64,000 bases of DNA. Origin: Azolla caroliniana (lineage: Eukaryota > Plantae > Polypodiophyta). The notes under the pieces are model-generated. The model was not told where the DNA came from and ran no database searches. It worked only from the letters and a program-made list of their open reading frames with translations. Each line of letters opens with the position of its first letter. Position 1 is the first letter of the stretch. The stretch lies in contig JBHGNT010000004.1 of the NCBI GenBank assembly GCA_043228905.1, positions 20,770,001-20,834,000 on the forward strand, written 5' to 3'. Positions 25,571 through 38,619 of this stretch are shown here, piece by piece. Position numbers and translations under genes: made by a program.

Positions 25571-26538
25571 ATTGTGCATTGAATTTATAATTCATGACCT
25601 TCAACCATGATGGGATGGAGGTGAGCCAAAAGGCAAAAGAGCATCCCACAAGCACTTACCATATCATGATAACATGAATCACCATTTCGAACTATAAGGC
25701 CATCTACAAACTTATATGCTAATCCTTGGCTATATCATCTAGCAATGGTTCTCATAACAACTCAAAACCAATGTAGGATTTCTTTTTATTTGGAGTCTTT
25801 ATCAGTGCAAATGGCAAATCGATTCTACTCAAGCAAATGACTTCTTTTGTGGAAAATGGTAATCAACACAGTAGCCTTCGGTTTCTTTTTCAATGATGAT
25901 ATTTCTATACCCAAAATGCAAGATATTGGAAATGAGGATGCCAAGCAGTGTTACATTGGGAGAAACAATGGTGCTGCATTGCTATGGAGCCCCGTTTTCT
26001 TATGGGATCCCATGTGCTTGTGCTGATTCTTATGGGAAATTTGCCCAAATGCTGCATGTATATTTTAAACTAGCTGAAAGCATGCTTTGGTTATCGTCAA
26101 AATGACCTACACCGGCTTGGTGGTACTTAGGCCTTTCTTATCACATGAAATTTTTAGAAAGCTGAAAGGCATGCTTGGGCTATTGGCAAATGATCTATAA
26201 AGGCTCGATGCAAGTTAAGCTTCTGATAACATGAAAAATTAAGAGTAAGCGCAAACTTAAGCTTAGAAGCATATTAAACTTCTAATCCGTCCAATTAAGA
26301 CATCACTTCCTGATTGGGATTCTAATATAACCAATTAGGCCACGAAAGAGCAATTAGCTGAACAAGATCACATTCGTTAACTATTGTAAAAAGCATAACA
26401 TTTTCATAACTCGCATATTGATTGAAGGTATAATTATATACCTAAATCTTAATTTCCATGTGATGAGGTGTGATAGATTGTCTTATTTGCCAGACACACA
26501 CACACACAGACTTCCCTTCTTAGTGTATTCACAATCAG

Positions 26539-29500
26539 TCAACAATTGTTTAGGGTACAGATGGCCTCCTCATCAGACATCCAATGGCATATCTCTTTGT
26601 TAAAAATGGCTTCTATATGATTGTGTAGAAAACGAGAATATTGGTTCTCTGATGTCAAGGCTTCAGGTTCAGCAAGTAAACCAAGATCTCTCAATCTTGA
26701 AGATGGTGGTTCACTCAATATATCAGTTGTTACGAAATCCAAGATCAAAGACTGAACAAGCAACGATATAACTTTAACAGCTTGAAATGATGAGGAAAAC
26801 GCATTATCGAATGTTATTAATAAGGTGGTGATATATCTACCTTGCACGCTTCACTGTTTGTTGTAGAAAACAGACCTTTGGAAATGACTGACCATTCATT
26901 ACTAGAAAGAAATTCGATGAGAATTTTCATGGGAAATCTTCGGAATGCTTCAAAAGCCATGTTTCGGATCTTTTCATCCTGATCTCGGATCTTCAGAAGA
27001 CATATCATAAGGATTTGTTCAATCGTATCTGCCATGTAAAACAAGCAATTGCATAATGGCATTGACGGTTGCGTTCAAGAATTTAAAATTAAGAGAAAAA
27101 CAATCCCAACCTTTATCTGCAGTACAAATGGTTTCACAGAAGTGCATAAAGATTTGCATAGCTAATCGACGAACACGAACACTTGTATCCTGTAGAATAA
27201 TGGTGAATAATATCTTGGTGCACTCATCTGGCCATTTATAATCTTCAGTATCCTCTAACATGTCCAGATCCACAATCAATTCACTGCTCTGAATTCTTCT
27301 TGCTACTGTAAATTAAAATTACACAGTAACACCAGTAAGGATCAAACAATCTCCGTGACAAATTATTGGTAATGGTAGTCCACGCAATGGTTGGTAATTA
27401 ATTCAATGAAAGAAACCTGAACCTTATTGTGGAGGAGGATGTAACATAAGATTATGATTCTGATATAAAAAACTGGACATCGTGTATGTAATCTTATTCA
27501 TGTTAGTAAATGTAATAGTAATCAATTAGACAGAAAGAGCCTCATTGTGAGGCAACGCATAATTTTTTATTGATGATTGCATATAATTGTACATTGCCCC
27601 CTCGTGTATGCATTAATGGTCTTAGATATTTATGGATGTAACTGCTATTACTTGATAATGATATCTATGCATTAAATATATGATCAAGTACCTAATGGCT
27701 TTTACGATTTATGGTTATATATAAGTTAAGACAAAATGAGCCCCACTGTGAATACGCAAATCTTGAACTCACAATTTAGGCACTGCAACCTAAGGAAGAC
27801 CATGTTTGATTGCTCGTGCACTGATTTGGATAAGCTGCAACTGAGAAGTGTTTGAGGATGTCTCATGTAGACCAGCTCAAATATTTGGAAGGCGGCAGAT
27901 ACTGTTGTCCACGGCCCACGATGGAAATTTCAAAAAAGTCAAAAGCATCCCCTCGCCTTAGAAACTCATACTGAGCACAAATAATACTGATTTTCATGTG
28001 GATTTTAACAAAACAACAGCCTCTCTCTACTAGGAAACTCAGAATGACTATAAACCATCTTTGATTCTTGTAAGAGGTTCGATGATAGTACCGTATCCTG
28101 AATTCTGATTGGTAAACAGTGGATAAAAGGTGATACAATCCAGAAACAATGGTGCAAGGGAGGATAACGAGAACAATCCCAAGAGTGTTTTTGTAGGTTC
28201 TTCTTCTACCATAGTTGGCCCTTTCTCCGTATATGCTTGAACTATTTGATGGAACAAAACGGAACTACATGCACGCCATTCATCCTAATATCTCTCAAAC
28301 GAAGTCATAGAATTCAGCAGAAGCAAAGAATATAATTGAGAGAGAGAGAGAGAGAGAGAGAACGTCGAGAAGTGGTGAAGGTTTGTATATTACTTCATCC
28401 ACTGAATGCAGTTCATATAAGAGCTTCCCAGAAAGTTGAATGAGGTCAGGAAATTGTGATACTGTTTGATGACACGTTTGGCAAAGATCCAGTAGAACGT
28501 GGAAACTGAATCTCACCACTGGCACTGTACACATTGAGTTATTAAGGAATGTAGAATAATCCATCACTGTGTTTATTAAGGGCACTTAAAACTAATGGTA
28601 AGTCCTTTCTTCTTTCGGTAGATACAGTTCTTGTATGACTTCAAGTCAGGGAAGAGATTCATCAAAGACTCGGTCATTGATCCATCATCTGTTGTCAACC
28701 TCAGAAAGATAAAAAGCCTTAGTAGAGAGGCTTCTTCGAATAAGGTTTGCGAGAAGGGACTTTTACAAGGAGTGCTGGCAATCAATAGGTGTAGCAAACC
28801 TGTATCAAACTGAGATAAGCTTAACGAGCAACAAATATCCTCTCATAAAGTTACCAAAGTTCAAGCAGTGTACACAGTATTATCTCGTGAACAACAGCGA
28901 TCCTAAAGCATCATACACAATATTCTCTCATGATATACAATGATTCTAATAGAATCTTCTCATAAAGTGGCCAAGTTCAAGCAGTTCTATACAGAATTCT
29001 CTCATGAAATACAGTGTTTGTGATACATTTTAAATAATTAGATCTTCAAAAGATTGTGTGGCAAGGTTCTACAGATTACCTTGAAGGAGCTGTCTAGCTC
29101 TGTAAATGTTGCAAAGAACAACTTCTATAGGGTCGTTGTTGGCCATCTGGACTAGTAAGTTTGAGCATTCCTCCCAGAACAGATCATACGGAAGGTCTGG
29201 ACTGTAAATCCATGGAGAGAAAGAACATGTAATTCCAAGAAATTATATCTCAGAACCAGAATACCATATCCTGCTTCCAATATAACAAGAAAGTTCGCCT
29301 GACCATCAAGGCTAAGTGCTCACCATTGGCTTAGGAACACACTGATAATCGAAATCAGTATCTCATTATTGAACAGTAGCTCTGTCTTTCTATCACTGTG
29401 GCCTCAAAAAGAGATAATTTGCGGCACCATCACGGATAAGAAAAGTGGTCCTTTACTTACAAAAATTTAGTCTCAGCACACCTTACGCCTATTTGTTGAT

Positions 29501-30697
29501 ATATTTGATTTAATGCTTCATCCTTGACAGAAATCCACAGATCCACCTATGGCGTGCAGAGAAGTTTTCCACAAATAATGCATGAAAATGGTTAACAGCA
29601 GCGAGATATTTGATGGATCAGAAATTGATGCTCAAAGAAATTTCGTTAAACAATGCAAGAGGAGGTTAGCAACTGCATGTTTATCTCTGATGCAGAAATC
29701 AACATACAGAGAAATTTGGATAAAGAATGCAAAAAGAAACTAGAAATAGCAACATTATATTTGATGAAGAAAATGGATGCAAAGAGAGGGTTTGAACAAG
29801 TATGAACAATTATACTCATTGCAACAATATACGATAGATAAATTGATACAGTACGACATTTGGATCAAGGAGGTGGGATGTGAATAATAGCAACATGTAT
29901 ATGAGATGGAGAAATTTCTATCTTATTCCCATCCTCGCTTAATAAACACATTCAGAGATTCATTTATGGCGTGCAAAGAAATTGTGATAAAGAGGAAGCC
30001 AACAGAAGCAACATAAGACGTAGAAAAGTGTAGGTTAAACCTGCTCCTAGCTGAACAATACAACGCCACAGTGAGATGGTGAAATTCCTAGCTTAAGCAT
30101 ATAGAGCTTGTAAGACAAGGGAAACGAGGGCATTCACAGATAAGTTCGACCATTTATCGTGTACATCAGCAATTCGGATAAAGAATGCATGAAGAAGATA
30201 ACTGAGGCAAAACGCGAAATCCAAAGTACACTGCTATTGGGAGATGGAGATGTTTGGACAATAAAGAAGCTAACAGAAAGAAAATGAGATGGAATTCTGA
30301 TAAAGGATCCATGCGTAAGTCAAAATGAAAAATAAAACAGAAAAACCTGCTAGGTAAACCTCCTCCTTGCTGCGTAAATGTTGTTTTCGAGCTTCGTTAA
30401 ATTATATGCTGCGTCTATTGACAGAAAAGCAGGAATATGGTGAGAATGAGTATTTTTTAGCAGACTTACCAGGAGAGATTCGGGCACGAGAGCAGGCCAT
30501 ATAAGAGAAGACATCGACAGTAGGCTCGAGAACAGTTTCTGCCATGGCTGATCTGTGTGGCAAAGATGATGATGAAGAAATTGAGACGAAGAACTTAGAT
30601 TCTGCGGATGAGGAGGAGAAATAGAAATTCGACAGTTACTCGCAGACGGCGAATATCGCTGATAATCATGGAGGATGGAGCGAAGCTCATCAGCCAT
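26539..30697 (-). pseudogene. Intron-containing gene for an unidentified helical-repeat (HEAT/ARM-like) protein, disrupted by several frameshifts and stops
   Basis: In-phase GT-AG exons 30470-30697, 29461-29546, 29324-29395 and 29080-29201, then exons starting at 28799, 28284 and ~27305 that carry frameshifts (~28590, ~28050-28140, ~27030, ~26830) and stops. HEAT-like D..VR..A motifs: ILQDTSVRVRRLAMQ and KIRDQDEKIRNMAFEAF. Confidence 0.6.
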
Positions 30698-31549
30698 GGC
30701 GACGTGAAGGAATCAGTGTGTGTTACATTACAGTACAGTAGACAGACAGTCTACTTGCTTCATGTGGAGATAAATGCTTTCACATTTGTCCGGACAAGTG
30801 CATGGGACATATTTTGGGACTAGAATAGCGTCGGTTTCACACCCAGGCGGACATTTGCAGGCATGGTTTGAATGAAAACGAAGTAATATTCCTTGTATAG
30901 GCGTCTATGTGAAACCACGGAACCTATCATCCCTTCTTTCCGTGGTACACATATATATAATTATATTAATATACATATATATATGCGTCTATGTGAAATT
31001 GTGGAACCTCTTGTACCTTCTTTTTCCCTTCTATGGTCTCTATGTGAAACCACGGGCCCAACCTCTTTGTCCCTTCCATGGTAACATACACACCCATGTT
31101 TCATGAATATGCAATTGGGCTCAAGCCTTAGAGTTTGGATTAGATGTTCAAATGGCTGGCTCATGTTTTGATGATATTAAAAAAGTTTCCTAGTCTCATC
31201 TCTCTCTCTCTCTCTCAACTACACTTCTCGAAACAATACCTACAAGCATGGGTCCTAGTTACCACCCTATTTGCGCTCGTTATGAGGTTAAAACATCAAA
31301 CACATTGCTCGATTTTTGACGTCAAAACCACGATGGTTGCAAAACACAAGCTTCGCCATGACACCAACACAAATTTACTTGTGTAAAATTGATAAGAATT
31401 GTCATGAATTAAGCTCGTGAATAAATAATAATAATATATACAACATGAATGGTTAAAGTGCATAGCATCTTGATAGTATCTTGATAATAGTAATCATAAT
31501 ACATATAATTTATATTAATTATATAATATAAGGTGATGAGCTCGAACGG

Positions 31550-33100
31550 TTAAATGCTAAACTTGTAGCTATAATATCATAATTTAGAGTCTCATGTGAT
31601 GACCTTTTGTTTGTATGGTCATCAGACCACACTCCTCCTGTGGATGTTTCCCATTGTAGAAATTATTGGTTTATGGGGATATCGATGATGAAATTCAACA
31701 ACTTTTTGTTTGATTGCACATGGTATTATCCAAATTCTCTACATATTCCCTTGTGGGGTTTCATAGGGCATAACTTTTACAGTCTCCTTAGTAGAGTAAG
31801 TAATGCCACGAGAATTTGGAGTCCAATTTTTCATGAACCTCAAAATCTTCTTGTTTATCTATTTCAAAAGGAGGTGGTGGTCGTGATACTCGATCTGGGA
31901 ACCGTGTAACCATTGTATGGCTCTGAAAAGGATACATAAAAAACCAAATTGCAACTCAACAAAGGATGGTAATTCCAACCAATATGTGACATCATTAATT
32001 TGGGATAAAATGTGTGAAGGAATAAGATGCCAGAAGTCATTTTTGTCACGTAACCTCTTCGTTGGTAAATCTTTGTGTAAATGCCAAACTAAATCCTTGA
32101 TCTTAAAAGGGGCAATTTTTTATGTAGACTTGCATACCTTTCTAATATTTGTTGGGTTTGTTGAAGTTGCTCTAAGAGTTTGATGTAAAATTGTTATGAA
32201 TATTCAAAAAATTACATGAAGATTGATGGATATATCCACATTTGGCATGAAAGTTTACCATCGAAAATGTTGTTCAAATAGTGCAAAGAAGGGATAGGGA
32301 GTTTGCTTTGTAGCAACACGGATGGAATTATTGTGGGAAAACTATGCCATAAGAAGCCAATTAAGCCAATCATGAATGGATGGATGGATTTATGGTTGAC
32401 ATTAGCTTTGTTTTGGTGGTGTTGTTGTTTTGACCAAACCAGCCATCATGTTTGAAGCAAAAGTAGAATCGAAAATGTTTTTAGGTCCTTCTCTCCTCAT
32501 GAACGGAGGAGGGATGGATTTATGGTGGGCATTAGCTTTGTTTTGGTGTTGTTGTTCTCACCGAACCAACCATCAACTTTTGTATTGTTGATGATTTTAT
32601 AATACCAGGGTGTATCTTTTGTTTGAAAAGAAGAAGAAGAAGAAGCCAATTAAGCCAATCATCCTATTCCTAGGAAATAAAGCCATGTAAATATTGCTCT
32701 AAGATTTGGTTGGTTTATTCAATTTGTTCGTTGCTTTTGAGGTGGTGCCCAAAGGATAATGATCTATGGATCTATAAGAGTTGTGGTAATCATTTCCAAA
32801 AGCCCGGGATGAATTGTGGGCTTTGATCAGTAATAAATATTCTTTGGTACAGCACGAAAGTAGAAGTGTGATTGTAGCTTCATTTGATATAGATGATGAA
32901 AATTGAAAAAAAAAACAAGACAACGACCACAATAATGGCATTGTGGAAGTTCAAAGATGAAATTGATGGAGATGGTTTTCCAAAGCAAATTAGGTAATAA
33001 TAATGGATGGAGTAACCCACGTGGTATGCATTGTGGGTCTTTTGCTCCAAAATTGCGAAGTATAACATGAATTAACAAAAACTTGAATAAATTTCAAAAG
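31550..33100 (-). mobile_element. Ty3/gypsy pol relic (integrase to C-terminal/chromodomain region)
   Basis: PRGLLHPLLLPNLLWKTISINFIFELP (like PAGLLQPLPIP..PW..ISMDFI.GLP) at ~32950-33030, and ILSQINDVTYWLELPS (like ILEKINDVAYRLELP) at ~31960-32010. Confidence 0.7.
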
Positions 33101-33986
33101 GGACGAACACCAATAGTTCTTGTTTATTAACTTCAAAAATGTCAAACCACAAGGGAATCATGACAAACTTGGAGAGCTTCAACCCAGTGAAGATTTGCAT
33201 CGGGAATATATTGAATAAGTTGTGCCAATATTATGAGTTACGGTTTGTTGATGACACTAAACAATTGGTTCATCAACAAGGAGCAAGTCCATCACTTGCT
33301 TCTTAAGCACTCTCTCTCATCTCTTCGTGAAGCCTCGATGAGCAATTGTTTGTTACAAGCTTCTTTCTTTGATCAAGGCCAAAACAACCTATTTAATAAT
33401 TGACCCTAGCTAAGGCGGATTTGGGATTACCTCTAGGGTTTATTTAGGAAATTGACCTTAATTATGTGATCTCTTCAACCATAATCCTAACCTATTGTAA
33501 AACTTGATATTTTAACATTTTTCTCTCTTCACAAATACCACATCATGACATTGATGTTTTTTGGAATTTGAACCATTGCTTCGATATGACTTAGTTCACA
33601 CTCACATCAAACATAAGATGGGATGTCGCAAACGATGAGAATTGACAACTATGCACATTTTTTTTAATTTTTTTCAAAAGAAAGTATACTTCCATTAATA
33701 TTTAGAAAAGTCATAACAACATATAAAAATTTCCCCAAAACATCTTTATAAGATGCTGGTTGAAAAAACAAAAGTTTTGATGAAAAGTTTTGACTCAACC
33801 ATAGAGTAAAGTAAACAATCAATCTGAAAATTGTTCTATAAAAAGCTTCCACAAAGGTCTACCAAACGAGGTAAAATGCAATGTATACCCTTTTGTTATG
33901 CAATCAAGAACCTTCAATCTCCATAACATGTTGCAGGCTGTAAATAGCCATCTTCTTTCACCCGTTCCGGGGATCAAGAGTCCTCA

Positions 33987-34140
33987 AGGGATGTTCCATT
34001 CAAGATCCCAATACCCTTTGTTTTTCTCTTTGTTTAATGCCTCAAGAAGATTGTCAAGGCCTCCATACTGAATGCAAACTATATGTCCCCCTGGTTTAAA
34101 GATTGTGGCTTGCATACTTCCATTGTCCAGTGTTATAAGC
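33987..34140 (-). pseudogene. Captured fragment of a rhamnogalacturonan lyase (PL4) N-terminal domain inside the LINE 3' UTR
   Basis: ITLDNGSMQATIFKPGGHIVCIQYGGLDNLLEALNKEKNKGYWDLEW matches the recalled plant RG-lyase signature VVMDNG..QVT.S.P.G.V.GIQYNG.DNLLE.LNEE.NRGYWDL.W. It ends at a TGA at 33984. Confidence 0.8.
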
Positions 34141-34204
34141 GTGTAAAGCCTTTGTCTTTTTTTAACCCACATAATTGTTTGATAAGTTGACACTGTCCAT
34201 AAAC

Positions 34205-34720
34205 ATTCTGTATTAACACAAGCAGTTAATCTAAAGTTTTCCTCACCCACTCTCTATAGTATGCTTCGACGCCACCACCATCTTCACTCATCCTCATAAC
34301 AAGAAAAATGCTTCATACAGTCCACTTCAGCCATCTCGGCGATTAGCATGTTGCCGCATCTTGCCAAAGTCCACTAAAATCCTGCATAATCAACAGAACT
34401 CAGTATAAAAATTTCCTCACCCACTCATGTTATTCGACTTCGACCCCACCACCATCTTCACTCATCCTTATCTCATAAAAATTCTTCCTTCAGCCCACAT
34501 CAGCTAACTCGTCGACTAGCATCTTGCCAATGTCCACGCAAAACCTGTATTAACAACACAAAAACAGTTTACAAGTTTCCTCACCCACTCATCATAATCG
34601 ACTTCGACCCCCCCACCGTCTTCACTCATCCTTATCACAGAAAAAACTGCTTCATTCAGTCCCATCCAACATCTCACCTATTAACCGATTACCATCAAGG
34701 TCCTGTCAAACAAACAACAA
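34205..34720 (-). repeat. Three ~165-175 bp tandem units in the LINE-B 3' UTR
   Basis: cctcacccactc at 34241, 34415 and 34579, each followed by cttcgac.cc..cacc.tcttcactcatcc. Confidence 0.9.
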
Positions 34721-35446
34721 CAAAATGGGACTCCACCACAACCATCTTGCCTTATCGCTAACCGGCACCAAATTTTGGCTTGCCATGTCCTTGATTTTCA
34801 TCAACATCAATTATCCTGACAAAAAGATAAATGGTCATCTATATTATATCATGGTATTTGTACTAAAGATGGTGCTGGTGGCGGGAATAACCATCGAGGT
34901 GGTACACAGTTCCACTTGACATCTACGGCTTCATTCAACATAATAGGTATAGACAACCAAACTTTACGAATTCTCATTCTTTTCTTATTAGTTGTATGTC
35001 CAGAACCCTTATAACTATCATATTCACCTTTAACTGTATGTACCAACAAGTTCCAAAAGGACTTAACTTGATCCACAATGTGAGTGTTTTCATCATTGTA
35101 TAGCTTAGAGCACCTAGCTTTCCAAAGAATCCATAAAGCCAAAGAGGAGACAATTTGCCAGACATAACTTCCGGAGAAAAACTTGATTCCCTGCAAGGAG
35201 GTTGAAGCATAGTCTACCTGCAAACTTGTGACACGTAATGACAAAGAAGAATAATGTTGATGATAGAAAGTCATTTGTTGATCTAACCTTCCCCATAAAA
35301 CTGCACCCCACGTAAAAATCCCTGACCTATACTTACGACCTAGTAGCCTAAGAATTCTAAACCAAAACTTTTTTGCGACAACACATTCCCAAAATACATG
35401 ATGCAATGACTCACTTGCATAACCACACATAACGCATGACCGATCA

Positions 35447-35684
35447 GACAACTATGCACATTTGTTAAAGAGTCTAATTATACCGCCTCATACAATGCCT
35501 TGTCTTTTGATTTCTATAGAGTATGCATCACAACCCAAATCTTTACACAAATTTCTCTCACAATCGACAACTATGCACATTTGTTTAAGAGTCTAATTAT
35601 ACCGCCTCATACAATGCCTTGCCTTTTGATTTCTATAGAGTATGCATCACAACCCAAATCTTTACACAAAAATTTCTCACAATC
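35447..35684. repeat. 119-bp near-perfect tandem duplication (the LINE target locus)
   Basis: Units start at 35447 and 35566 with gacaactatgcacatttgtt.aagagtc. Confidence 0.92.
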
Positions 35685-37189
35685 ACAATGTGCCACTTTC
35701 AAATGTGACATTCATTAATGATGTTCTTGAACATAGATAGTCACACCTCACTTTCACATGTAGTAAATGAATACATTATACTATTTGGCTCATACATCAT
35801 ATTTGATCATTATAAATGATAATAAAATCTATTTACCTATACGTCATCTCTCACATACATGATACGCATAAACTAATTTATCTCCACTACATATATACTT
35901 GATCCTCAAGAAAATGATATATTAATTCTTTACAATTACATGCATAATGGAGAATGAATTGTTGTCTTTGTACATTAGTAAGAACTTGTGAAGCATAGTA
36001 GATTTGTAATTGTGTGAAAGTTTGTTATAATGATTGTGTGTTGTATATAATGGGGAACTGAGGGATTGTATTTGCTCCAAGCATTCGATGATGTTTTTAT
36101 ATTATTTCTGGATTTTAAAAATATAGTATGCAACTATCATGATGTGTTATAACTTGGTGTTATATAACCAAACCATCGACAATTGTAAAGGCAACATTAA
36201 TTATAGTACAAAAGTGAATATACGCTTCCATATCTTTAAAGTGCCATTACAATAAATTAGAGCTCCGCTTCCGCACTTTCACATCTTTGATATGCAATTC
36301 TAATAAATTGTCCACAATTTGGATCACATGTGAGTACCACATATGCATGATTCAATACCTTTTCCAAGGCAATTATACAGCATGACCACACAAGTTGTCC
36401 TATTCTAGATTATGAAATCAAGAAATCTTAACAACATGATCACATCACATTGATGGAATGATATAAAACAAAATAGTATGTTAATTAGTTGCTAGAAAAT
36501 TGGGCATATGGCCTCATGCATAAAGTATCAAGGCTAAACACCACAACATTAACCTAAAGAAAAAAGGAAAGCTGACGACATTGGGTTGACCCCATTAAAG
36601 TTGAATTTAAAGTGAGTTTCATCATTTTTTTGCGTGGGAGGATCATTTTTTATGACAGATCATGATCATGATACATCTCGGGAACGAAATGAAATAAGAT
36701 GGCTGCAACAAATGGTGTTTGACCACGTGTAATACGACTATGTTTGCACAAGAGTGAGACCTTGTGGACACTTATGAGGAAACCATGACTGAGTTCCATC
36801 AACAATGAGCCCCCAAAATACTAGAATTCTTGGCAATGGAGTAGCTCAAGTTTGATCCCGATCACAACATCAACCTAACTCTGGCATTGAAGGACTAATA
36901 AACTACAAGTTATTATGGAAACCTTTAGGCAAGAATGTTGGATACCATGTATAGAACTTTATTTGTTCTTGGCAGATTATGAAGCTAGGATCCAACAAGG
37001 AAAGGGGGTTGTGAATGGAAGTAGGGTTTAGGGAGGACAACACATAGGCATATTATTTAGGACTGAAGCTAAGGAGAATAATAATAAGAAGGAAACGGGG
37101 AAGAAAGTAAGAGAATAAGAATGGAAGAGTGCAACATACCAATGGTAGCTTGACGATAGGTCAACATTCTTGTAATATGCGTTTATAAC

Positions 37190-37640
37190 TGTAAAGAATC
37201 GGGTATGATTCTTGTGTAGCGAAAGATATGTGTTCTATGTGTATGTGTGAGAGGAATTAGAGGAGAGAAGAGAGAACACAAGATAGATAGAAAAAGGAAT
37301 ACTCAAGAAGAAGGTGTATATTCACAAGTAGAATAGGAAATACAAAATGTAGCATTACAAGGAGTCACAACCGACTTAGTATGAAGTATGAGGAGGGTGC
37401 TTTATATAGAGTCACCCTCTCTCTTCATTAACTTTACAACAACCACTCTCTCTCTTTGGGAATGTGAAGACTCATAGTCATGGGGAATATGTAACTCATT
37501 AGTTATGTGTCATAGAATATGATTCTATGACACATAGTTAATGTGTAGAGAGTAGCGGCGTGACTCTTGACCTTTGAGTAATCATGGATTCTCAAAAGGT
37601 GTGTTCACACGTTGCACTATGTTGAGCTTGATTCTCAACA
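37190..37640 (-). mobile_element. Solo LTR (451 bp) with a 5-bp TSD
   Basis: Starts TGTAAAG and ends CTCAACA, flanked by ATAAC at 37185-37189 and 37641-37645. A TATA-like CTATATAAAG lies on the minus strand at ~37400-37409. Confidence 0.85.
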
Positions 37641-38619
37641 ATAACTAATGGAAGGATATTTTCCAGGTTAAAAAAAGTAAGAGAGTAAGAAGAAGAAATG
37701 GAAGAAACTGTAAACTTGTACCATGAACAACAGGTCTAAAATTATATGAATGCATCAAAGACTAATGTCGTAACGAAATGGTTTGATAATGAAATTAACT
37801 TTCGCATATATAATAATTTTGAATTCATGCATGGATAACACCTTCGTTGTTAGGCATGTTGCATGGTTATCATGTGTCACTGAGATGCCACAATAATGTT
37901 AATATGCCATAATGTTACATTGATGCGAGTATGTATAGAACTACATATCAAACCTCAATGAATATGATATCTTCCCAAAACACATTGTTGAACCTCAAAC
38001 AATAACAAACTTGAAGTTTCCAACAACAAGAATGGTAGAGAAACCTACATTTTAACATTTGGATATGTCATTGTGAATCGTGTTTTCCCGAAGGGACCAA
38101 CACGACTCACACCATGGATTGTTACTATCCTAGGGGTGACTACCTAGTCTCGAGGGGTTACCTTCCTCTAGGTGGTAAAATTGAGGGATTGGAGGATGAG
38201 TCTCCCCAACGAAGAAAACCATGACATGCATCAATACAAAAAAGTTTACCTTTCCACTCCATGGAAATGCAAAAGTCTTGAAGCCTTCTTAAGTTAATAT
38301 AAATTAACACACAATTAATCACTACACTAAGTAAAATATATGGTTCTCTTATTGAAATAATAATTAATAAATAAGATGCATAAGAATTTTCTTGATCACT
38401 TATATAATTATTTAGCAAAAAACATATATATCTCGATTTATTAGCGTGAAAAATCTACATAGAGGAAAGTGACTTGTAACGGATGCAAAGGGGAGATAAT
38501 GAGAGCCAAAAGCTAGGCTCCAAAAGGCCCCTTTTACATGAGAGCTCTTGCCCTTTTATGCATGTTGGAAACCCTAAAGCGTCCCTTTCAACATTACAAG
38601 CTCATTGACCATTAATAAT

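Larger units (their letters stand above)
33661..35446 (-). mobile_element. 5'-truncated L1-like LINE (family B, copy 1) with poly(A) and a 17-bp TSD
   Basis: ORF2 C-terminus 34849-35446 with zf-RVT (CVMCG..HHVFWEC, LWILWKARC), a ~1.2-kb 3' UTR and an A-rich tail at ~33658-33675. The direct repeat GACAACTATGCACATTT lies at 33644-33660 and 35447-35463. Confidence 0.9.

Noticed and set aside
34205-34720. Hammerhead or tRNA-like structure in the LINE UTR units
   Set aside because: I could not see a CTGATGA...GAAA core with supporting stems, or A/B boxes, by eye. A covariance-model search was not possible.
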